A DNA stretch of 6,977 nt from Octopus sinensis (GCF_006345805.1 NW_021829104.1:1-6977), one strand, 5' to 3'; counted from the first letter of the stretch, positions 1-6,581 are shown. Made by a program: numbers and translations. Notes: generated by a model not told the origin, from the letters alone.

Positions 1-149
1 ACATCCAGAGATTAGGTGGTCCACTGTTTCAATCATGTCGTTGCAGAATCGGCAATTTTGGGTCTGCTCCATTTTTCATCACACATTGACCTGGTAGTTC
101 TGGGTTAATAGGCTTTGATCTTGAGCAGCCAGGATGGAAACCTTCGCTC
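1..149 (-). mobile_element. 5'-truncated RLE-type non-LTR retrotransposon fragment (R4/Dong-like), CCHC zinc-knuckle region; continues beyond window start
   Basis: Manual translation of the minus strand with three small frameshifts gives SEGF-ILAAQDQSLLTQNYQVNV-MKNGADPK-CRFCNDMIETVDHLISGC. The last 18 codons (54..1) are an uninterrupted CxxC-x8-H-x4-C knuckle, and the AAQDQ motif precedes this knuckle in R4/Dong-type ORFs. The 5' end abuts the 150-217 tract, which is (TAA)n on the sense strand. Confidence 0.85.
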
Positions 150-201
<52 letters not shown>

Positions 202-217
202 CATTATTATTATTATT
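150..217. repeat. (TTA)n/(TAA)n microsatellite
   Basis: About 22 units with one TCA interruption. Confidence 0.98.
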
Positions 218-257
218 GGTGGAAGCTGGCAGAACCGTTAGCACGCCGTGCGAAATG
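218..257 (+). mobile_element. tRNA-derived SINE (family A/B), 5' head only
   Basis: GGTGGAAGCTGGCAGAACCGTTAGCACGCCGTGCGAAATG matches the heads of the other copies in the window. Confidence 0.8.
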
Positions 258-263
258 ATTTAA

Positions 264-492
264 GGGGGTGACCTGGCAGAATCGTTAGCACGCCGGGCGA
301 AATGCGTAGCGGTATTTCGTCTGCCGTAACGTTCTGAGTTCAAATTTCGCCGAGGTCGACTTTGCCTTTCATCCTCTCGGGGTCGATAAATAAAGTACCA
401 GTTTCGCACTGGGTCGATGTAATCGACTTAATCCCTTTGTCTGTCCCTGTTTGTCCCCTCTATGTTTAGTCCCTTGTGGGGGTAGTAAAGAA
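264..492 (+). mobile_element. tRNA-derived SINE, family A (tail ...TTTGTCCCCTC...TTGTGGG..GTAAAGAA), near full length
   Basis: A-box-like TGGCAGAATCG and B-box-like GAGTTCAAAT, then the conserved body GAGGTCGACTTTGCCTTTCATCC...GTCGATAAA..AGTACCAG. Near-identical to 1855-2085. From memory the body resembles a widespread metazoan SINE central domain (Meta-type); this is unverified. Confidence 0.88.
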
Positions 493-520
493 CTATATAA
501 TTATCATTATTATTATTATT

Positions 521-660
521 GGTAGAAGCTGGCAGAACCATTAGCACGCTGCCAAGGTGGTCTTGCCCTTCATCTTTTCGAGTTTTATACAATAAGCACC
601 AGTCATTAGCTTCTTCTCCCAAAATTTCAGGTCTTGTGCCTATAGCGATAAGGATTATTA
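521..660 (+). mobile_element. tRNA-derived SINE, family B (tail CTCCCAAAATTTCAGG.CTTGTGCC...AAGGATTATTA), internally deleted
   Basis: Head 521-549, middle remnant 551-603, and tail 614-660 matching 2244-2290. Confidence 0.8.
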
Positions 661-662
661 AA

Positions 663-875
663 AGCGACGAACTAGCAGAATGGTTGGCACAGCAGACAAA
701 ACGCTTTGTGACATTTCGTCTGTATTTAGGTCCTGAGTTCAAATATCGCCAAGATCAGTTTTACCTTTCTTCCTTTCGGAGTCGAGAAAATAAATACAAG
801 TTGAACACTAGGGTCGATGTAATCGACTTAAGCCATCCCTAAAGAATGCTGGTTTTGTGCCAGAAACTGAAACCA
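663..875 (+). mobile_element. Diverged SINE A/B-superfamily copy
   Basis: Colinear with other copies: CTAGCAGAATGGTTGGCAC, CTGAGTTCAAAT, GGGTCGATGTAATCGACT, TTGTGCC. Confidence 0.82.
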
Positions 876-880
876 CTAAC

Positions 881-1101
881 GGTGGTAAGCTGGCAGAATC
901 GATAGCGAGTCAGACAAATATTTGGCGGGGGTTTCTTCTAGCTCTTTAAGTTCTGTGTTCAGATTCTGCAGAGGTCGACTTGGTCCTTTCATGGTTTCAG
1001 AATCGATACAATAAGTACAAGTCAAGCGCTGAGATTAATGTAATTGACTACAACCCAGCCACTGAAACCTATTGTTCTGTGTTTAGTCAAAGTTTAAACC
1101 C
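881..1101 (+). mobile_element. Strongly diverged SINE A/B-superfamily copy followed by short (ATT)n
   Basis: GGTAAGCTGGCAGAATCG, GAGGTCGACTT..CCTTTCAT, ATCGATACAATAAGTAC, TAATGTAATTGACT; ATT-rich tail at 1102-1116. Confidence 0.75.
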
Positions 1102-1197
1102 ATTATTATCATTATTGTTTGAAACCAATATTATCGATGTTATTATTTGAAAAAATGAAACTTTATGTTTTCATGGTCATTATTAATCCCTTCTCAG

Positions 1198-1572
1198 TGG
1201 AGGCGCAATGGCCTAGTGGTTAGGGCAGCGGACTCGCGGTCGTAGGATTCCCAGACCGGGCATTGTGAGTGTTTATTGAGCGAAAACACCTAAAGCTTCA
1301 TGAGGCTCCTGCAGGGGGTGGTGGTGAACCCTGCTGTACTCTTTCACCACAACTTTCTCTCACTTTTTCTTCCTGTTTCTGTTGTACCTCTATTTCAAAG
1401 GGCCAGCCTTGTCACACTCTGTGTCACGCTGAATCTCCTCGAGAACTACGTTAAGGGTACACGTGTCTGTGGAGTGCTCAGCCACTTGCACGTTAATTCC
1501 ACGAGCAAGCTGTTCCGCTGATCGTATCAGCTGGAACCCTCATCGTCGTAACCGACGGAGTGCTCCTAGGCC
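1198..1572 (+). mobile_element. tRNA-derived SINE of a second family (family C) with a 14-bp target-site duplication
   Basis: Perfect A-box TGGCCTAGTGG (1209-1219) in a tRNA-like head, with no intact GTTCRA B-box. Flanked by identical TAATCCCTTCTCAG at 1184-1197 and 1573-1586. 3' hairpins at 1513-1536 and 1544-1557. Confidence 0.88.
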
Positions 1573-1585
1573 TAATCCCTTCTCA

Positions 1586-1802
1586 GGCGGCGAGTTGGCA
1601 GAAACGTTAAGCACGGTGAACAAATTTCTTAGCGGAATTTCGTCTGCTGCTACATTCTGAGTTCAAATACCGCCGAGGTCGAGTTGCCTTTCATCCTTTC
1701 GGAGTCGATAAATTAAGTACCAGTCAAGTACTGGAGTCGATATGATTGACTTACCCACTTTCCACAAAATTCAGGCCTTGTACCTATAATACAAAGGATT
1801 AT
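1586..1802 (+). mobile_element. SINE family B, full length
   Basis: GGCGG...CCGCC acceptor-stem-like ends of the tRNA head, A/B boxes, conserved body, and tail AAAATTCAGGCCTTGTACC...AAAGGATTAT. Confidence 0.88.
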
Positions 1803-1854
1803 CTGAGAAGATGACCCCATTTTTTTTTTCATTGTCATTATTACACCCACATCA

Positions 1855-2085
1855 GGCGGCGAACTGGCAGAAACGTTAGCACGCCGGGAAAAATGCTTAG
1901 CGTTATTTTGTCTGCCGCTACGTTCTGAGTTCAAATTCCGCCGAGGTCGACTTTGCCTTTTATCCTTTCGGGGTCGATAAATTAAGTAACAGCTACGCAC
2001 TGGGGTCGATGTAATCGACTTAATCCGTTTGCCTGTCCTTGTTTGTCCCCTCTATGTTTAGCCCCTTGTGGGTAATAAAGAAATA
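1855..2085 (+). mobile_element. SINE family A, full length
   Basis: Near-identical to 264-492; GGCGG/CCGCC tRNA-like head and GAGTTCAAATTCC B-box. Confidence 0.9.
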
Positions 2086-2290
2086 AGAAACGTTAGCACC
2101 CCGGGCGAAATGCTTAGCGGTCTTTCGTCTGCCGCTACGTTCTGAGCTCAAATTCCGCTGAGGTCGACTTTGCCTTTCATCCTTTCGGGGTCAATAAATT
2201 ACGTATCAGCAAAACACTGGGGTCGATGTAATCGACTAGTCTCATCTCCCAAAATTTCAGGCCTTGTGCCTTTAGTAGAAAGGATTATTA
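2086..2290 (+). mobile_element. SINE family B lacking its first ~14 nt, directly abutting the family A copy
   Basis: Starts AGAAACGTTAGCAC, shares ~150 bp with family A, then carries the B tail ending AAGGATTATTA. Confidence 0.88.
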
Positions 2291-2393
2291 AGCCCATGTT
2301 CCTGCTGGGGATAATGACAATGATTGTTTATCTGAGTGATGTTGTTGATGTTAATAACAAGGATATTGTGTGAAGACCAATAAAATATTTTTA

Positions 2394-2597
2394 ACAATCC
2401 TTCTAATTCAGGCACAAAGTAAGCAATTTTGAAGAGAGGAGTGTAACACTGATACTAGTACTTGAGTTGCTATGTATCCTATTGGCCTCAGAGGGACGAA
2501 AGGTAAAGCTGGCCTCGGCGGAACTTTCAACTTGAATGTATAGAGCCGGAAGGAAATTCATTTTCCTGATGCTCTGATTCTGCCGGTTCATCTCCTT
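2394..2597 (-). mobile_element. Old, diverged SINE family B copy on the minus strand
   Basis: Reverse complement reads AAGGAGATGAACCGGCAGAATC...AAGTTCCGCCGAGGCCAGCTTTACCTTTCGTCC...TTTGTGCC..AGAAGGATTGT. Confidence 0.75.
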
Positions 2598-2610
2598 AAT
2601 AATAATAATA

Positions 2611-2647
<37 letters not shown>

Positions 2648-2699
2648 ATATTATTATTATTATTATTGTTGTTGTTGCTGTTGTTGTTGTTGTTGTTAT
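2598..2699. repeat. Compound microsatellite (TAA)n-(TTA)n-(TTG)n
   Basis: Directly visible. The TTA/TTG part is the (AAC)n(AAT)n tail of the minus-strand repeat at 2700-3186. Confidence 0.97.
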
Positions 2700-3186
2700 C
2701 GAGTGAGAGAGCAGTGCAAGCCATCACAGTGCCACTGGGGTAAAATATACGAAGCCCAGTATACCCATCATGACTACCCGTCTGATAAGGGTACACTAGG
2801 CACATGCATCACAACCATATGTGCGCGACATGGCGATCTCATATCAAGATAAACAGTACATGATCTTGCAGGTGAGGCCCAGTTAGAATTTTCTTCTGGT
2901 CAAGTAGCCCATCATGCTCAAAAGGTCCCTGAATAAATGTTGTTTAAGGCTGTTGAACGAAACACCCATGTTTCCAAAGGTGAATTATTCAAACCCCAAA
3001 CAATCCCTCTCAACACATGATGCTCCCCCACTACTTCTGCTCGTGGTCAGAGATGCACATATCACCAGCCACTGAGGGACATGCTCAACTGGTTAAGGTC
3101 AAACAACTGACAAACAAATCTGTGGTATTGAGCAGAATATTTGCTGTAGCCCATCTTTTACACCAAAACAGCAAATCTGTGGTATT
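2700..3186 (-). mobile_element. Unclassified interspersed repeat (family E) with a 3' (AAC/AAT)n tail; probable non-LTR 3' UTR or non-autonomous retroelement
   Basis: Its reverse complement aligns along ~460 bp with 6108-6565. Both end CACTGCTCTCTCACTC followed by a trinucleotide tail. No recognisable protein motif. Confidence 0.8.
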
Positions 3187-3203
3187 ATCATTATTACTAA
3201 TGA

Positions 3204-3234
<31 letters not shown>

Positions 3235-3244
3235 AATATTAATA

Positions 3245-3279
<35 letters not shown>

Positions 3280-3297
3280 AATATAATAATAATAATA

Positions 3298-3328
<31 letters not shown>

Positions 3329-3335
3329 AATAATA
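3187..3335. repeat. (TTA)n followed by (TAA)n microsatellite (imperfect palindrome)
   Basis: TTA units ~3187-3231 and TAA units ~3241-3335. Confidence 0.97.
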
Positions 3336-3976
3336 TAGCCTGTGGTACTAGGAACGGGAGAATGCCCCAAGATGGCACAGGAAGAATATACGAAATGGAG
3401 GCACGACCAGGCTGTAAAAGTTTTACACTGGAAACTGTACCAGAAATGAGGATTTGAAGCTGGAAACAAATGGTATAATCATCAAGTCGAAAGAGTACTA
3501 GAGTCGGAGAAATGTAAGTTTTTTGTGGAAGTTTCCAATTCAAATGGACAAGAAATTAGAAAACAATAGACCAGATATTACAATCATTGATAAGGAAAAA
3601 CGAAGTTGTTTACTTATGGACCCATCATATCCATTTGATTCCAGGATCGTAAAGAAAGAGGAAGAAAAAGACCAGAAAAATGCAGTCCCCTAAAATTTGA
3701 AATAGGAAGAATTAAGAGCATGCGAACAGTAATGGTCGTGCCTATAATAATCGGTGCAGTGAGCCTTGATATAGATAAATGGCTGGGGGAGGTTGAAATA
3801 GAATGCCTGGTACAGCTCCTACATAAAGTTTGTCCCTTAAGGACAGCAAGGATTATCAGTAGGGTCCGAAATACTTGAAAGACTACTGAAAACTTGTGGA
3901 CACCTAAGGCTACAGGTAGTAACACGCTATCCACATAAGTCCTACCAGCAATAACATCGAACCTGAGACAAAACAA
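3336..3976 (+). mobile_element. 5'-truncated R4/Dong-like non-LTR retrotransposon: decayed RLE domain, stop codon and 3' UTR
   Basis: From 3360: ECPKMAQEEYTKWRHDQAVKVLHWKLYQK*GFEAGNKWYNHQVERVLESEKCK / LWKFPIQMDKKLENNRPDITIIDKEKRSCLLMDPSYPFDSRIVKKEEEKDQK / CSPLKFEIGRIKSMRTVMVVPIIIGAV...LLHKVCPLRTARIISRVRNT* (TGA at 3876-3878). It shows the last knuckle Cys, RHD and the PD..D catalytic region. One stop and two frameshifts make it non-functional. (TAA)n lies on both sides. Confidence 0.9.
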
Positions 3977-3980
3977 AATA

Positions 3981-4041
<61 letters not shown>

Positions 4042-4047
4042 TTAATA
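3977..4047. repeat. (TAA)n microsatellite / retrotransposon 3' flank
   Basis: Directly visible. Confidence 0.97.
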
Positions 4048-4051
4048 AAAA

Positions 4052-4414
4052 CTAGCAGTATCGCCCGGCGTTGCACTGGTTTGAAAAGCAAAAGTTTTGC
4101 ATTATGTAGCTTGTTATTCTCTTCAAGTGAACATTTTTCTGGTTGAAATACACCGAAAAGTGGCGACACAGCAGTGAAAAAATCGTAAAAAATATGGATT
4201 TTCATAGAAAAAATCACCTTTTTGATGTAAATAATTTTTGGTGTTAACATGGTCCGATTTGAATTTTATCTTGTACGGAAGGAATAGCAACCCTTCTTCT
4301 ATCATACTCTCAATTTTGATCAACTTGCGCCGCAGGGTCTCGGAGGAGATAGTGTTAGTTGAAGGCTACCAAACCTGGCGCACACAGACAACTTCAGCTT
4401 TATATAGAGAGAGA
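4052..4414 (-). mobile_element. Non-autonomous Helitron (~363 bp)
   Basis: The minus strand begins A|TC (TCTCTCTATATAAAGCTGAAG, 4414) and ends CTAG|T (4052). A degenerate GC-rich hairpin (CCAGTGCAACGCCGG) lies ~10 nt before CTAG. The insertion is between A and T with no TSD, and the element is non-coding. Confidence 0.75.
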
Positions 4415-4416
4415 TA

Positions 4417-4565
4417 ACACACACACATTAATACACATACATACACACACACACACACACACATGTATGTATGGATGTATGTATGTATGTATGTATGTAT
4501 GTATATATGTACTTCTGTCCACTTCTTGCCATATTTTTATCCTTCACTTCCTACACACACACACA

Positions 4566-4596
<31 letters not shown>
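4417..4596. repeat. (CA)n, (TATG)n and (CA)n microsatellites
   Basis: CA/CATA-rich 4417-4462, TATG 4463-4509, CA 4553-4596. Confidence 0.95.
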
Positions 4597-4598
<2 letters not shown>

Positions 4599-4696
4599 TC
4601 TTAGCTTACAATTTCTTTCTTTCAACAATTGACAACTGAAGTACGCTCGCAAATTAATACAACGAAAACTTAGCGACAGAAAGTAAATTAAAAACC

Positions 4697-5091
4697 AATC
4701 GTAAAATATTGAGTTTTCTCGAATTTTTGCTTAATTGGGGGTCAAATTGAAAGAAATTTCAATGCCATGACCCAATGGAATGTACTTCGAAAAATCATAG
4801 GTAAATTCCAATTGAAGAAATTGTGTGAGGAGTAAATCGTTATGTATTTATTTGTTTCTGTTTCCTGTGTATTTTTTTGAGTAGTGGTTTAAGGTACACT
4901 TGCAAAGAGAAAGTAGGAGAAAGTGTGGTAATAGAAGGAGTGAAGCAGTTGATATGAGAGAGGAAAATCGTAAAATATTTAGTTTTCTCGGATTTTTGCT
5001 TAATTGGGGGTGAAATTGAAAAAAATTGATATGCCATGACCCAATGGAATCTACTTCGAAAAATCATGGGAAAATTCCAATTGAAGAAATT
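4697..5091 (+). repeat. 126-bp direct repeat pair (4697-4822 and 4966-5091)
   Basis: Ungapped manual alignment gives 10 mismatches in 126 nt; spacer is 143 bp. Confidence 0.93.
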
Positions 5092-5162
5092 CTATATTAT
5101 ACAATTGTATTAAAAACAAACTATGTCAGAGGCAGAGAAAATCTGCCTTTTATCATAAGAGA
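5092..5162 (-). mobile_element. Putative second Helitron-like 5' terminus
   Basis: The minus strand reads A|TCTCTTATGATAAAAGGCAG, resembling the TCTCTCTATATAAAGCTG end at 4414. Perfect GGCAGA-gaaaa-TCTGCC hairpin at 5131-5147. Confidence 0.45.
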
Positions 5163-5182
5163 TAATAATGATGATGATAATG

Positions 5183-5257
<75 letters not shown>

Positions 5258-5317
5258 TGATCATGATCATGATGATGATAACAACAACAACAACAACAAC
5301 AACAATAATAATAATAA
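5163..5317. repeat. Compound (AAT)n/(GAT)n/(AAC)n microsatellite
   Basis: Directly visible. Confidence 0.97.
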
Positions 5318-5593
5318 CTCGAATGTGGAGCCTAAAAACAGGAACAATTCCTATTATAGCAAGCGTATTAGGTATGATACAAAAATCATTCAAATACGTA
5401 ACAAAAACACTAGGACATACATGTATAAATAACATACAGAAAATAGCACTATTAGGCACCGCACACATCCTCCGTAAAACACTTTCAATACAGTGAAAAT
5501 AAGAGCACCACAACAAACCACATTGCACACTCCAGGCACACAGAGGCGTGCTCGGTAGTGCAGTAAAAGCACGTGATAAAGATAAGACTTCTA
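5318..5593 (+). mobile_element. Short 3'-terminal fragment of another R4/Dong-like retrotransposon (ORF C-terminus plus 3' UTR)
   Basis: RMWSLKTGTIPIIASVLGMIQKSFKYVTKTLGHTCINNIQKIALLGTAHILRKTLSIQ* (stop at 5494-5496). Homologous to the C-terminus at 3720-3878 (PII; QK..LLGTA.I.R). (AAT)n before and (TAA)(TGA)n after. Confidence 0.85.
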
Positions 5594-5620
5594 AATAATA
5601 ATGATGATGATGATGATGAT
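5594..5620. repeat. (TAA)n(TGA)n microsatellite
   Basis: Directly visible. Confidence 0.95.
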
Positions 5621-5698
5621 CCTGACGCAGTACCAGGCACTGGCTCTCATGGCTTTTGATCTTAATTGATTCCAAGTGTTATCATGTCCATTGTTTTG
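5621..5698 (+). mobile_element. Probable upstream part of the family E repeat, separated from 6108-6565 by a SINE insertion
   Basis: Ends TGTTTTG, the same sequence that precedes AAGATGGGCTACAGC in the uninterrupted minus copy (3170-3147), and starts right after a microsatellite. In-window overlap is only 7 nt; the rest is recall of the repeat. Confidence 0.45.
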
Positions 5699-5761
5699 CC
5701 GACCAAAGCCTTGTGAGTGGATTTGGTAGACGGAAACTGAAAGAAGCCCGTCGCATATACG

Positions 5762-5819
<58 letters not shown>

Positions 5820-6021
5820 GTGTCTGTGTTTTGTCCCCCTAGCATTGCTTGACAACCGATGCTGGTGTGTTTATGTCCCCGTCACTTAGCGGTTCGGCAA
5901 AAAAGAGACCGATAGAATAAGTACTGGGCTTACAAAGAATAAGTCCCGGGGTCGAGTTGCTCGACTAAAGGCGGTGCTCCAGCATGGCCGCAGTCAAATG
6001 GCTGAAACAAGTAAAAGAGTA
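5699..6021 (+). mobile_element. 5'-truncated SINE of a further family (family D) with an internal (TA)n(TG)n microsatellite
   Basis: CCGACCAAAGCCTTGTGAGTGGATTTGGTAGACGGAAACTGAAAGAAGCCCGTCG-(TA)n(TG)n-...GGCGGTGCTCCAGCATGGCCGCAGTCAAATGGCTGAAACAAGTAAAAGAG. Recalled as the body and tail of an abundant octopus tRNA/CORE-type SINE; the tRNA head is absent here. It shares modules with family A. Confidence 0.72.
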
Positions 6022-6107
6022 TACATCTGTGCACATGCATACATATACATACCGAAACATATAGCTCCTGCACACATACTCATGCTCTGATACATACATA
6101 CACATAC
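6022..6107. repeat. Degenerate (CATA)n/(CA)n low-complexity tract
   Basis: Directly visible. Confidence 0.8.
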
Positions 6108-6565
6108 AAGGTGGGCTACAGCAAATATTCTGCTCAACACCACAGATTTCCCTGTCAGTTGTTTGACTTTAACCAGTTGAGCATGTCCCTTAGTGGCTGA
6201 CGATATGTGCATCTCTGATCACGAGCAGAATTAGTGGGGGTAGCATCATAGCCATGTGCTGAGAGGAATTCTTTGGGGTTTAGATAATTCACCTCTGGAA
6301 ACATGGGTGTTTCGTTCAACAACCTGAAACGACATTTATTCAGCGACCTTTTGAGCAGGATGGGCTACTCGACCAGAAGAAAATTATAACTGGGCCCCAC
6401 CTGTGAGCTCATGTTTACTTGATATGAGATCACTATGTCCTGCACCGATGGTTGTGATGCATGTGCCTGGTGTACCCTTATCAGGCGGATAGTCATGATA
6501 GTATACTGGGTTTCGTATATTTTTTCAGCGGTGTCACTTTGATGGCATGCACTGCTCTCTCACTC
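6108..6565 (+). mobile_element. Family E repeat, second copy, with (AAT)n tail
   Basis: Inverted homolog of 2700-3157; ends CTCTCTCACTC-(AAT)n. Confidence 0.82.
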
Positions 6566-6581
6566 AATAATAATAATAATA

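Noticed and set aside
428-842. ORFs of 104 and 107 aa (428-742, 519-842) and the 95-aa ORF at 1713-2000
   Set aside because: They run through SINE copies with no domain-like content, so they are chance open frames.
1198-1262. Possible tRNA gene
   Set aside because: It has an A-box but no T-arm/B-box and no canonical anticodon arm, continues into a SINE body, and is bounded by a TSD. I could not assign an anticodon.
218-2290. Regularly recurring ~200-bp repeats that might suggest a CRISPR-like or satellite array
   Set aside because: The units are long tRNA-headed SINEs of unequal divergence with two tail types. There is no short repeat-spacer structure and no cas genes, and the context is eukaryotic.
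1829-2323. 13-bp perfect inverted repeat TCATTGTCATTAT (1829-1841) / ATAATGACAATGA (2311-2323), and 8-bp CTTCTCAG (1579-1586) / CTGAGAAG (1803-1810), flanking SINE copies
   Set aside because: These could hint at terminal inverted repeats, but they are short, the 13-mer is degenerate ATT-microsatellite sequence abundant in both orientations, and no TSD flanks them.
3085-3170. Peptide FWCKRWATANILLNTTDL...LTLTS* at the tip of family E as a possible HERO-clade ORF C-terminus
   Set aside because: Only a W-x-K-R resemblance with no upstream RLE motifs in the window, which is insufficient to classify the element.
3614-3976. 120-aa minus-strand ORF
   Set aside because: It is antisense to the Dong-like RLE remnant, and the conserved motifs are on the plus strand.
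5026-5496. 156-aa ORF, plus the antisense 184-aa ORF at 5121-5675 and the ORFs at 29-244, 3017-3286, 3085-3543 and 6564-6902
   Set aside because: Poly-N/I/L/H runs come from stop-free microsatellite frames. Only the C-terminal 58 aa of 5026-5496 is real coding remnant, and it belongs to a retrotransposon.
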